DNA of 50,576 nt. Source: Nemertoderma westbladi. Lineage: Eukaryota > Animalia > Xenacoelomorpha. The position numbers and the translations under genes were made by a program. The notes beneath the pieces are model-generated. The model had not been told where the DNA came from, did not search any database, and worked only from the letters and a program-made list of their open reading frames with translations. Numbering within the stretch: position 1 is the stretch's first letter; every line of letters starts with the position of its first letter. Below, one piece after another: positions 24,501 through 39,500 of the stretch. The stretch is from NCBI GenBank assembly GCA_032718475.1, contig JAUCBJ010001709.1, positions 1 through 50,576 of the forward strand. The letters run 5' to 3'.

Positions 24501-27500
24501 CAAGTTGTACGAACAACTTACTATATTTTTAGAACAACCTAGTATCTTGTTCGGTCAACTTACCAAGTTGTACGAACAACTTACTATATTTTTAGAACAA
24601 CCTAGTATCTTGTTCGGTCAACTTACCAAGTTGTACGAACAACTTACTATATTTTTAGAACAACCTAGTATCTTGTTCGGTCAACTTACCAAGTTGTACG
24701 AACAACTTACTATCATTTTAGAACAACCTAGTATCTTGTTCGGTCAACTTACCAAGTTGTACGAACAACTTACTATCATTTTAGAACAACCTAGTATCTT
24801 GTTCGGTCAACTTACCAAGTTGTACGCACAACTTACTATCTTTTTAGAACAACCTAGTATCTTGTTCGGTCAACTTACCAAGTTGTACGAACAACTTACT
24901 ATCATTTTAGAACAACCTAGTATCTTGTTCGGTCAACTTACCAAGTTGTACGCACAACTTACTATCTTTTTAGAACAACCTAGTATCTTGTTCGGTCAAC
25001 TTACCAAGTTGTACGCACAACTTACTATATTTTAGAACAACCTAGTATCTTGTTCGGTCAACTTACCAAGTTGTACGAACAACTTACTATATTTTTAGAA
25101 CAACCTAGTATCTTGTTCGGTCAACTTACCAAGTTGTACGAACAACTTACTATCATTTTAGAACAACCTAGTATCTTGTTCGGTCAACTTACCAAGTTGT
25201 ACGAACAACTTACTATATTTTTAGAACAACCTAGTATCTTGTTCGGTCAACTTACCAAGTTGTACGAACAACTTACTATCATTTTAGAACAACCTAGTAT
25301 CTTGTTCGGTCAACTTACCAAGTTGTACGAACAACTTACTATATTTTTAGAACAACCTAGTATCTTGTTCGGTCAACTTACCAAGTTGTACGAACAACTT
25401 ACTATCATTTTAGAACAACCTAGTATCTTGTTCGGTCAACTTACCAAGTTGTACGAACAACTTACTATCATTTTAGAACAACCTAGTATCTTGTTCGGTC
25501 AACTTACCAAGTTGTACGAACAACTTACTATCATTTTAGAACAACCTAGTATCTTGTTCGGTCAACTTACCAAGTTGTACGAACAACTTACTATATTTTT
25601 AGAACAACCTAGTATCTTGTTCGGTCAACTTACCAAGTTGTACGAACAACTTACTATATTTTTAGAACAACCTAGTATCTTGTTCGGTCAACTTACCAAG
25701 TTGTACGAACAACTTACTATCATTTTAGAACAACCTAGTATCTTGTTCGGTCAACTTACCAAGTTGTACGAACAACTTACTATATTTTTAGAACAACCTA
25801 GTATCTTGTTCGGTCAACTTACCAAGTTGTACGAACAACTTACTATATTTTTAGAACAACCTAGTATCTTGTTCGGTCAACTTACCAAGTTGTACGAACA
25901 ACTTACTATATTTTTAGAACAACCTAGTATCTTGTTCGGTCAACTTACCAAGTTGTACGCACAACTTACTATCTTTTTAGAACAACCTAGTATCTTGTTC
26001 GGTCAACTTACCAAGTTGTACGAACAACTTACTATCATTTTAGAACAACCTAGTATCTTGTTCGGTCAACTTACCAAGTTGTACGAACAACTTACTATAT
26101 TTTTAGAACAACCTAGTATCTTGTTCGGTCAACTTACCAAGTTGTACGAACAACTTACTATATTTTTAGAACAACCTAGTATCTTGTTCGGTCAACTTAC
26201 CAAGTTGTACGCACAACTTACTATCTTTTTAGAACAACCTAGTATCTTGTTCGGTCAACTTACCAAGTTGTACGAACAACTTACTATATTTTTAGAACAA
26301 CCTAGTATCTTGTTCGGTCAACTTACCAAGTTGTACGAACAACTTACTATATTTTTAGAACAACCTAGTATCTTGTTCGGTCAACTTACCAAGTTGTACG
26401 AACAACTTACTATATTTTTAGAACAACCTAGTATCTTGTTCGGTCAACTTACCAAGTTGTACGAACAACTTACTATCTTTTTAGAACAACCTAGTATCTT
26501 GTTCGGTCAACTTACCAAGTTGTACGAACAACTTACTATATTTTTAGAACAACCTAGTATCTTGTTCGGTCAACTTACCAAGTTGTACGAACAACTTACT
26601 ATATTTTTAGAACAACCTAGTATCTTGTTCGGTCAACTTACCAAGTTGTACGAACAACTTACTATATTTTTAGAACAACCTAGTATCTTGTTCGGTCAAC
26701 TTACCAAGTTGTACGAACAACTTACTATATTTTTAGAACAACCTAGTATCTTGTTCGGTCAACTTACCAAGTTGTACGCACAACTTACTATATTTTTAGA
26801 ACAACCTAGTATCTTGTTCGGTCAACTTACCAAGTTGTACGCACAACTTACTATCTTTTTAGAACAACCTAGTATCTTGTTCGGTCAACTTACCAAGTTG
26901 TACGAACAACTTACTATATTTTTAGAACAACCTAGTATCTTGTTCGGTCAACTTACCAAGTTGTACGAACAACTTACTATATTTTTAGAACAACCTAGTA
27001 TCTTGTTCGGTCAACTTACCGAGTTGTACGCACAACTTACTATATTTTTAGAACAACCTAGTATCTTGTTCGGTCAACTTACCAAGTTGTACGAACAACT
27101 TACTATCATTTTAGAACAACCTAGTATCTTGTTCGGTCAACTTACCAAGTTGTACGAACAACTTACTATCTTTTTAGAACAACCTAGTATCTTGTTCGGT
27201 CAACTTACCAAGTTGTACGAACAACTTACTATATTTTTAGAACAACCTAGTATCTTGTTCGGTCAACTTACCAAGTTGTACGCACAACTTACTATATTTT
27301 TAGAACAACCTAGTATCTTGTTCGGTTAACTTACCAAGTTGTACGCACAACTTAGTATATTTTTAGAACAACCTAGTATCTTGTTCGGTCAACTTACCAA
27401 GTTGTACGCACAACTTACTATCTTTTTAGAACAACCTAGTATCTTGTTCGGTCAACTTACCAAGTTGTACGAACAACTTACTATCATTTTAGAACAACCT

Positions 27501-30500
27501 AGTATCTTGTTCGGTCAACTTACCAAGTTGTACGAACAACTTACTATCATTTTAGAACAACCTAGTATCTTGTTCGGTCAACTTACCAAGTTGTACGCAC
27601 AACTTACTATATTTTTAGAACAACCTAGTATCTTGTTCGGTCAACTTACCAAGTTGTACGAACAACTTACTATCATTTTAGAACAACCTAGTATCTTGTT
27701 CGGTCAACTTACCAAGTTGTACGAACAACTTACTATCTTTTTAGAACAACCTAGTATCTTGTTCGGTCAACTTACCAAGTTGTACGAACAACTTACTATA
27801 TTTTTAGAACAACCTAGTATCTTGTTCGGTCAACTTACCAAGTTGTACGCACAAATTACTATATTTTTAGAACAACCTAGTATCTTGTTCGGTTAACTTA
27901 CCAAGTTGTACGCACAACTTACTATATTTTTAGAACAACCTAGTATCTTGTTCGGTCAACTTACCAAGTTGTACGAACAACTTACTATCATTTTAGAACA
28001 ACCTAGTATCTTGTTCGGTCAACTTACCAAGTTGTACGAACAACTTACTATCTTTTTAGAACAACCTAGTATCTTGTTCGGTCAACTTACCAAGTTGTAC
28101 GCACAACTTACTATCTTTTTAGAACAACCTAGTATCTTGTTCGGTCAACTTACCAAGTTGTACGAACAACTTACTATCATTTTAGAACAACCTAGTATCT
28201 TGTTCGGTCAACTTACCAAGTTGTACGAACAACTTACTATCTTTTTAGAACAACCTAGTATCTTGTTCGGTCAACTTACCAAGTTGTACGCACAACTTAC
28301 TATCTTTTTAGAACAACCTAGTATCTTGTTCGGTCAACTTACCAAGTTGTACGAACAACTTACTATCTTTTTAGAACAACCTAGTATCTTGTTCGGTCAA
28401 CTTACCAAGTTGTACGAACAACTTACTATATTTTTAGAACAACCTAGTATCTTGTTCGGTCAACTTACCAAGTTGTACGAACAACTTACTATATTTTTAG
28501 AACAACCTAGTATCTTGTTCGGTCAACTTACCAAGTTGTACGAACAACTTACTATATTTTTAGAACAACCTAGTATCTTGTTCGGTCAACTTACCAAGTT
28601 GTACGCACAACTTACTATCTTTTTAGAACAACCTAGTATCTTGTTCGGTCAACTTACCAAGTTGTACGAACAACTTACTATCTTTTTAGAACAACCTAGT
28701 ATCTTGTTCGGTCAACTTACCAAGTTGTACGCACAACTTACTATCTTTTTAGAACAACCTAGTATCTTGTTCGGTCAACTTACCAAGTTGTACGAACAAC
28801 TTACTATCTTTTTAGAACAACCTAGTATCTTGTTCGGTCAACTTACCAAGTTGTACGAACAACTTACTATATTTTTAGAACAACCTAGTATCTTGTTCGG
28901 TCAACTTACCAAGTTGTACGAACAACTTACTATCTTTTTAGAACAACCTAGTATCTTGTTCGGTCAACTTACCAAGTTGTACGAACAACTTACTATATTT
29001 TTAGAACAACCTAGTATCTTGTTCGGTCAACTTACCAAGTTGTACGAACAACTTACTATATTTTTAGAACAACCTAGTATCTTGTTCGGTCAACTTACCA
29101 AGTTGTACGAACAACTTACTATCTTTTTAGAACAACCTAGTATCTTGTTCGGTCAACTTACCAAGTTGTACGAACAACTTACTATCTTTTTAGAACAACC
29201 TAGTATCTTGTTCGGTCAACTTACCAAGTTGTACGAACAACTTACTATCTTTTTAGAACAACCTAGTATCTTGTTCGGTCAACTTACCAAGTTGTACGAA
29301 CAACTTACTATCATTTTAGAACAACCTAGTATCTTGTTCGGTCAACTTACCAAGTTGTACGAACAACTTACTATATTTTTAGAACAACCTAGTATCTTGT
29401 TCGGTCAACTTACCAAGTTGTACGAACAACTTACTATCATTTTAGAACAACCTAGTATCTTGTTCGGTCAACTTACCAAGTTGTACGAACAACTTACTAT
29501 CATTTTAGAACAACCTAGTATCTTGTTCGGTCAACTTACCAAGTTGTACGAACAACTTACTATATTTTTAGAACAACCTAGTATCTTGTTCGGTCAACTT
29601 ACCAAGTTGTACGAACAACTTACTATATTTTTAGAACAACCTAGTATCTTGTTCGGTCAACTTACCAAGTTGTACGAACAACTTACTATCATTTTAGAAC
29701 AACCTAGTATCTTGTTCGGTCAACTTACCAAGTTGTACGAACAACTTACTATATTTTTAGAACAACCTAGTATCTTGTTCGGTCAACTTACCAAGTTGTA
29801 CGAACAACTTACTATCATTTTAGAACAACCTAGTATCTTGTTCGGTCAACTTACCAAGTTGTACGAACAACTTACTATATTTTTAGAACAACCTAGTATC
29901 TTGTTCGGTCAACTTACCAAGTTGTACGAACAACTTACTATCATTTTAGAACAACCTAGTATCTTGTTCGGTCAACTTACCAAGTTGTACGAACAACTTA
30001 CTATATTTTTAGAACAACCTAGTATCTTGTTCGGTCAACTTACCAAGTTGTACGAACAACTTACTATCATTTTAGAACAACCTAGTATCTTGTTCGGTCA
30101 ACTTACCAAGTTGTACGAACAACTTACTATATTTTTAGAACAACCTAGTATCTTGTTCGGTCAACTTACCAAGTTGTACGAACAACTTACTATCATTTTA
30201 GAACAACCTAGTATCTTGTTCGGTCAACTTACCAAGTTGTACGAACAACTTACTATATTTTTAGAACAACCTAGTATCTTGTTCGGTCAACTTACCAAGT
30301 TGTACGAACAACTTACTATCATTTTAGAACAACCTAGTATCTTGTTCGGTCAACTTACCAAGTTGTACGAACAACTTACTATATTTTTAGAACAACCTAG
30401 TATCTTGTTCGGTCAACTTACCAAGTTGTACGAACAACTTACTATCATTTTAGAACAACCTAGTATCTTGTTCGGTCAACTTACCAAGTTGTACGAACAA

Positions 30501-33500
30501 CTTACTATATTTTTAGAACAACCTAGTATCTTGTTCGGTCAACTTACCAAGTTGTACGAACAACTTACTATCATTTTAGAACAACCTAGTATCTTGTTCG
30601 GTCAACTTACCAAGTTGTACGAACAACTTACTATCTTTTTAGAACAACCTAGTATCTTGTTCGGTCAACTTACCAAGTTGTACGAACAACTTACTATATT
30701 TTTAGAACAACCTAGTATCTTGTTCGGTCAACTTACCAAGTTGTACGAACAACTTACTATCATTTTAGAACAACCTAGTATCTTGTTCGGTCAACTTACC
30801 AAGTTGTACGAACAACTTACTATATTTTTAGAACAACCTAGTATCTTGTTCGGTCAACTTACCAAGTTGTACGAACAACTTACTATCATTTTAGAACAAC
30901 CTAGTATCTTGTTCGGTCAACTTACCAAGTTGTACGAACAACTTACTATATTTTTAGAACAACCTAGTATCTTGTTCGGTCAACTTACCAAGTTGTACGA
31001 ACAACTTACTATCATTTTAGAACAACCTAGTATCTTGTTCGGTCAACTTACCAAGTTGTACGAACAACTTACTATATTTTTAGAACAACCTAGTATCTTG
31101 TTCGGTCAACTTACCAAGTTGTACGAACAACTTACTATATTTTTAGAACAACCTAGTATCTTGTTCGGTCAACTTACCAAGTTGTACGAACAACTTACTA
31201 TCATTTTAGAACAACCTAGTATCTTGTTCGGTCAACTTACCAAGTTGTACGAACAACTTACTATATTTTTAGAACAACCTAGTATCTTGTTCGGTCAACT
31301 TACCAAGTTGTACGAACAACTTACTATCATTTTAGAACAACCTAGTATCTTGTTCGGTCAACTTACCAAGTTGTACGAACAACTTACTATATTTTTAGAA
31401 CAACCTAGTATCTTGTTCGGTCAACTTACCAAGTTGTACGAACAACTTACTATCATTTTAGAACAACCTAGTATCTTGTTCGGTCAACTTACCAAGTTGT
31501 ACGAACAACTTACTATCATTTTTAGAACAACCTAGTATCTTGTTCGGTCAACTTACCAAGTTGTACGAACAACTTACTATCATTTTAGAACAACCTAGTA
31601 TCTTGTTCGGTCAACTTACCAAGTTGTACGAACAACTTACTATCATTTTTAGAACAACCTAGTATCTTGTTCGGTCAACTTACCAAGTTGTACGAACAAC
31701 TTACTATCATTTTAGAACAACCTAGTATCTTGTTCGGTCAACTTACCAAGTTGTACGAACAACTTACTATCATTTTTAGAACAACCTAGTATCTTGTTCG
31801 GTCAACTTACCAAGTTGTACGAACAACTTACTATCATTTTAGAACAACCTAGTATCTTGTTCGGTCAACTTACCAAGTTGTACGAACAACTTACTATCAT
31901 TTTAGAACAACCTAGTATCTTGTTCGGTCAACTTACCAAGTTGTACGAACAACTTACTATCATTTTAGAACAACCTAGTATCTTGTTCGGTCAACTTACC
32001 AAGTTGTACGAACAACTTACTATCATTTTAGAACAACCTAGTATCTTGTTCGGTCAACTTACCAAGTTGTACGAACAACTTACTATCATTTTAGAACAAC
32101 CTAGTATCTTGTTCGGTCAACTTACCAAGTTGTACGAACAACTTACTATCATTTTAGAACAACCTAGTATCTTGTTCGGTCAACTTACCAAGTTGTACGA
32201 ACAACTTACTATCATTTTAGAACAACCTAGTATCTTGTTCGGTCAACTTACCAAGTTGTACGTACAACTTACTATCATTTTAGAACAACCTAGTATCTTG
32301 TTCGGTCAACTTACCAAGTTGTACGAACAACTTACTATCATTTTAGAACAACCTAGTATCTTGTTCGGTCAACTTACCAAGTTGTACGAACAACTTACTA
32401 TCATTTTAGAACAACCTAGTATCTTGTTCGGTCAACTTACCAAGTTGTACGTAGAACTTACTATCATTTTAGAACAACCTAGTATCTTGTTCGGTCAACT
32501 TACCAAGTTGTACGAACAACTTACTATCATTTTAGAACAACCTAGTATCTTGTTCGGTCAACTTACCAAGTTGTACGAACAACTTACTATCATTTTAGAA
32601 CAACCTAGTATCTTGTTCGGTCAACTTACCAAGTTGTACGTAGAACTTACTATCATTTTAGAACAACCTAGTATCTTGTTCGGTCAACTTACCAAGTTGT
32701 ACGAACAACTTACTATCATTTTAGAACAACCTAGTATCTTGTTCGGTCAACTTACCAAGTTGTACGAACAACTTACTATCATTTTAGAACAACCTAGTAT
32801 CTTGTTCGGTCAACTTACCAAGTTGTACGTAGAACTTACTATCATTTTAGAACAACCTAGTATCTTGTTCGGTCAACTTACCAAGTTGTACGCACAACTT
32901 ACTATCATTTTAGAACAACCTAGTATCTTGTTCGGTCAACTTACCAAGTTGTACGTAGAACTTACTATCATTTTAGAACAACCTAGTATCTTGTTCGGTC
33001 AACTTACCAAGTTGTACGAACAACTTACTATCATTTTAGAACAACCTAGTATCTTGTTCGGTCAACTTACCAAGTTGTACGTAGAACTTACTATCATTTT
33101 AGAACAACCTAGTATCTTGTTCGGTCAACTTACCAAGTTGTACGTAGAACTTACTATCATTTTAGAACAACCTAGTATCTTGTTCGGTCAACTTACCAAG
33201 TTGTACGCACAACTTACTATCATTTTAGAACAACCTAGTATCTTGTTCGGTCAACTTACCAAGTTGTACGTAGAACTTACTATCATTTTAGAACAACCTA
33301 GTATCTTGTTCGGTCAACTTACCAAGTTGTACGAACAACTTACTATCATTTTAGAACAACCTAGTATCTTGTTCGGTCAACTTACCAAGTTGTACGTACA
33401 ACTTACTATCATTTTAGAACAACCTAGTATCTTGTTCGGTCAACTTACCAAGTTGTACGTAGAACTTACTATCATTTTAGAACAACCTAGTATCTTGTTC

Positions 33501-36500
33501 GGTCAACTTACCAAGTTGTACGTACAACTTACTATCATTTTAGAACAACCTAGTATCTTGTTCGGTCAACTTACCAAGTTGTACGCACAACTTACTATCA
33601 TTTTAGAACAACCTAGTATCTTGTTCGGTCAACTTACCAAGTTGTACGAACAACTTACTATCATTTTAGAACAACCTAGTATCTTGTTCGGTCAACTTAC
33701 CAAGTTGTACGTAGAACTTACTATCATTTTAGAACAACCTAGTATCTTGTTCGGTCAACTTACCAAGTTGTACGCACAACTTACTATCATTTTAGAACAA
33801 CCTAGTATCTTGTTCGGTCAACTTACCAAGTTGTACGAACAACTTACTATCATTTTAGAACAACCTAGTATCTTGTTCGGTCAACTTACCAAGTTGTACG
33901 TAGAACTTACTATCATTTTAGAACAACCTAGTATCTTGTTCGGTCAACTTACCAAGTTGTACGTAGAACTTACTATCATTTTAGAACAACCTAGTATCTT
34001 GTTCGGTCAACTTACCAAGTTGTACGTACAACTTACTATCTTTTTAGAACAACCTAGTATCTTGTTCGGTCAACTTACCAAGTTGTACGTAGAACTTACT
34101 ATCATTTTAGAACAACCTAGTATCTTGTTCGGTCAACTTACCAAGTTGTACGTAGAACTTACTATCATTTTAGAACAACCTAGTATCTTGTTCGGTCAAC
34201 TTACCAAGTTGTACGTAGAACTTACTATCTTTTTAGAACAACCTAGTATCTTGTTCGGTCAACTTACCAAGTTGTACGTAGAACTTACTATCTTTTTAGA
34301 ACAACCTAGTATCTTGTTCGGTCAACTTACCAAGTGGTACGTAGAACTTACTATCATTTTAGAACAACCTAGTATCTTGTTCGGTCAACTTACCAAGTTG
34401 TACGTACAACTTACTATCATTTTAGAACAACCTAGTATCTTGTTCGGTCAACTTACCAAGTTGTACGAACAACTTACTATCATTTTAGAACAACCTAGTA
34501 TCTTGTTCGGTCAACTTACCAAGTTGTACGTAGAACTTACTATCATTTTAGAACAACCTAGTATCTTGTTCGGTCAACTTACCAAGTTGTACGTAGAACT
34601 TACTATCATTTTAGAACAACCTAGTATCTTGTTCGGTCAACTTACCAAGTTGTACGTACAACTCACTATCTTTTTAGAACAACCTAGTATCTTGTTCGGT
34701 CAACTTACCAAGTTGTACGTAGAACTTACTATCATTTTAGAACAACCTAGTATCTTGTTCGGTCAACTTACCAAGTTGTACGTAGAACTTACTATCATTT
34801 TAGAACAACCTAGTATCTTGTTCGGTCAACTTACCAAGTTGTACGTAGAACTTACTATCTTTTTAGAACAACCTAGTATCTTGTTCGGTCAACTTACCAA
34901 GTTGTACGTAGAACTTACTATCTTTTTAGAACAACCTAGTATCTTGTTCGGTCAACTTACCAAGTGGTACGTAGAACTTACTATCTTTTTAGAACAACCT
35001 AGTATCTTGTTCGGTCAACTTACCAAGTTGTACGTAGAACTTACTATCTTTTTAGAACAACCTAGTATCTTGTTCGGTCAACTTACCAAGTTGTACGCAC
35101 AACTTACTATCTTTTTAGAACAACCTAGTATCTTGTTCGGTCAACTTACCAAGTTGTACGTAGAACTTACTATCTTTTTAGAACAACCTAGTATCTTGTT
35201 CGGTCAACTTACCAAGTTGTACGTACAACTTACTATCTTTTTAGAACAACCTAGTATCTTGTTCGGTCAACTTACCAAGTTGTACGTAGAACTTACTATC
35301 ATTTTAGAACAACCTAGTATCTTGTTCGGTCAACTTACCAAGTTGTACGTAGAACTTACTATCATTTTAGAACAACCTAGTATCTTGTTCGGTCAACTTA
35401 CCAAGTTGTACGTAGAACTTACTATCTTTTTAGAACAACCTAGTATCTTGTTCGGTCAACTTACCAAGTTGTACGTAGAACTTACTATCTTTTTAGAACA
35501 ACCTAGTATCTTGTTCGGTCAACTTACCAAGTTGTACGTAGAACTTACTATCTTTTTAGAACAACCTAGTATCTTGTTCGGTCAACTTACCAAGTTGTAC
35601 GTAGAACTTACTATCTTTTTAGAACAACCTAGTATCTTGTTCGGTCAACTTACCAAGTGGTACGTAGAACTTACTATCTTTTTAGAACAACCTAGTATCT
35701 TGTTCGGTCAACTTACCAAGTTGTACGTAGAACTTACTATCTTTTTAGAACAACCTAGTATCTTGTTCGGTCAACTTACCAAGTTGTACGTAGAACTTAC
35801 TATCATTTTAGAACAACCTAGTATCTTGTTCGGTCAACTTACCAAGTTGTACGTAGAACTTACTATCTTTTTAGAACAACCTAGTATCTTGTTCGGTCAA
35901 CTTACCAAGTTGTACGTAGAACTTACTATCTTTTTAGAACAACCTAGTATCTTGTTCGGTCAACTTACCAAGTTGTACGTACAACTCACTATCTTTTTAG
36001 AACAACCTAGTATCTTGTTCGGTCAACTTACCAAGTTGTACGTAGAACTTACTATCATTTTAGAACAACCTAGTATCTTGTTCGGTCAACTTACCAAGTT
36101 GTACGTAGAACTTACTATCATTTTAGAACAACCTAGTATCTTGTTCGGTCAACTTACCAAGTTGTACGTAGAACTTACTATCTTTTTAGAACAACCTAGT
36201 ATCTTGTTCGGTCAACTTACCAAGTTGTACGTAGAACTTACTATCTTTTTAGAACAACCTAGTATCTTGTTCGGTCAACTTACCAAGTGGTACGTAGAAC
36301 TTACTATCATTTTAGAACAACCTAGTATCTTGTTCGGTCAACTTACCAAGTTGTACGCACAACTTACTATCATTTTAGAACAACCTAGTATCTTGTTCGG
36401 TCAACTTACCAAGTTGTACGAACAACTTACTATCATTTTAGAACAACCTAGTATCTTGTTCGGTCAACTTACCAAGTTGTACGTAGAACTTACTATCATT

Positions 36501-39500
36501 TTAGAACAACCTAGTATCTTGTTCGGTCAACTTACCAAGTTGTACGTAGAACTTACTATCATTTTAGAACAACCTAGTATCTTGTTCGGTCAACTTACCA
36601 AGTTGTACGTACAACTCACTATCTTTTTAGAACAACCTAGTATCTTGTTCGGTCAACTTACCAAGTTGTACGTAGAACTTACTATCATTTTAGAACAACC
36701 TAGTATCTTGTTCGGTCAACTTACCAAGTTGTACGTAGAACTTACTATCATTTTAGAACAACCTAGTATCTTGTTCGGTCAACTTACCAAGTTGTACGTA
36801 GAACTTACTATCTTTTTAGAACAACCTAGTATCTTGTTCGGTCAACTTACCAAGTTGTACGTAGAACTTACTATCTTTTTAGAACAACCTAGTATCTTGT
36901 TCGGTCAACTTACCAAGTGGTACGTAGAACTTACTATCTTTTTAGAACAACCTAGTATCTTGTTCGGTCAACTTACCAAGTTGTACGTAGAACTTACTAT
37001 CTTTTTAGAACAACCTAGTATCTTGTTCGGTCAACTTACCAAGTGGTACGTAGAACTTACTATCTTTTTAGAACAACCTAGTATCTTGTTCGGTCAACTT
37101 ACCAAGTTGTACGTAGAACTTACTATCTTTTTAGAACAACCTAGTATCTTGTTCGGTCAACTTACCAAGTTGTACGTAGAACTTACTATCATTTTAGAAC
37201 AACCTAGTATCTTGTTCGGTCAACTTACCAAGTTGTACGTAGAACTTACTATCTTTTTAGAACAACCTAGTATCTTGTTCGGTCAACTTACCAAGTTGTA
37301 CGTAGAACTTACTATCTTTTTAGAACAACCTAGTATCTTGTTCGGTCAACTTACCAAGTGGTACGTAGAACTTACTATCTTTTTAGAACAACCTAGTATC
37401 TTGTTCGGTCAACTTACCAAGTTGTACGTAGAACTTACTATCTTTTTAGAACAACCTAGTATCTTGTTCGGTCAACTTACCAAGTGGTACGTAGAACTTA
37501 CTATCTTTTTAGAACAACCTAGTATCTTGTTCGGTCAACTTACCAAGTTGTACGTAGAACTTACTATCTTTTTAGAACAACCTAGTATCTTGTTCGGTCA
37601 ACTTACCAAGTGGTACGTAGAACTTACTATCTTTTTAGAACAACCTAGTATCTTGTTCGGTCAACTTACCAAGTTGTACGAACAACTTACTATCATTTTA
37701 GAACAACCTAGTATCTTGTTCGGTCAACTTACCAAGTTGTACGTAGAACTTACTATCATTTTAGAACAACCTAGTATCTTGTTCGGTCAACTTACCAAGT
37801 TGTACGTAGAACTTACTATCATTTTAGAACAACCTAGTATCTTGTTCGGTCAACTTACCAAGTTGTACGTACAACTCACTATCTTTTTAGAACAACCTAG
37901 TATCTTGTTCGGTCAACTTACCAAGTTGTACGTAGAACTTACTATCATTTTAGAACAACCTAGTATCTTGTTCGGTCAACTTACCAAGTTGTACGTAGAA
38001 CTTACTATCATTTTAGAACAACCTAGTATCTTGTTCGGTCAACTTACCAAGTTGTACGTAGAACTTACTATCTTTTTAGAACAACCTAGTATCTTGTTCG
38101 GTCAACTTACCAAGTTGTACGTAGAACTTACTATCTTTTTAGAACAACCTAGTATCTTGTTCGGTCAACTTACCAAGTGGTACGTAGAACTTACTATCAT
38201 TTTAGAACAACCTAGTATCTTGTTCGGTCAACTTACCAAGTTGTACGCACAACTTACTATCATTTTAGAACAACCTAGTATCTTGTTCGGTCAACTTACC
38301 AAGTTGTACGAACAACTTACTATCATTTTAGAACAACCTAGTATCTTGTTCGGTCAACTTACCAAGTTGTACGTAGAACTTACTATCATTTTAGAACAAC
38401 CTAGTATCTTGTTCGGTCAACTTACCAAGTTGTACGTAGAACTTACTATCATTTTAGAACAACCTAGTATCTTGTTCGGTCAACTTACCAAGTTGTACGT
38501 ACAACTCACTATCTTTTTAGAACAACCTAGTATCTTGTTCGGTCAACTTACCAAGTTGTACGTAGAACTTACTATCATTTTAGAACAACCTAGTATCTTG
38601 TTCGGTCAACTTACCAAGTTGTACGTAGAACTTACTATCATTTTAGAACAACCTAGTATCTTGTTCGGTCAACTTACCAAGTTGTACGTAGAACTTACTA
38701 TCTTTTTAGAACAACCTAGTATCTTGTTCGGTCAACTTACCAAGTTGTACGTAGAACTTACTATCTTTTTAGAACAACCTAGTATCTTGTTCGGTCAACT
38801 TACCAAGTGGTACGTAGAACTTACTATCTTTTTAGAACAACCTAGTATCTTGTTCGGTCAACTTACCAAGTTGTACGTAGAACTTACTATCTTTTTAGAA
38901 CAACCTAGTATCTTGTTCGGTCAACTTACCAAGTTGTATGCACAACTTAGTATCTTTTTAGAACAACCTAGTATCTTGTTTGGTCAACTCACCAAGTTGT
39001 ATGCACAACTTAGTATCTTTTTAGAACAACCTAGTATCTTGTTCGGTCAACTTACCAAGTTGTATGCACAACTTAGTATCTTTTTAGAACAACCTAGTAT
39101 CTTGTTCGGTCAACTTACCAAGTTGTATGCACAACTTAGTATCTTTTTAGAACAACCTAGTATCTTGTTCGGTCAACTTACCAAGTTGTATGCACAACTT
39201 AGTATCTTTTTAGAACAACCTAGTATCTTGTTTGGTCAACTCACCAAGTTGTACGCACAACTTAGTATCTTTTGTGAACAACCTAGTATCTTGTTCGGTC
39301 AACTTACCAAGTTGTACGCACAACTTACTATCTTTTTAGAACAACCTAGTATCTAGTTCGGTCAACTTACCAAGTTGTACGCACAACTTACTATCTTTTT
39401 AGAACAACCTAGTATCTTGTTCGGTCAACTTACTAAGTTGTACGCACAACTTACTATATTTTTAGAACAACCTAGTATCTTGTTCGGTCAACTTACCAAG

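Noticed and set aside
25025-31780. 1-bp indels at ~25031, ~31520, ~31647 and ~31773 as programmed frameshifts
   Set aside because: All lie in the T homopolymer and are explained by slippage or sequencing error in non-coding repeat.
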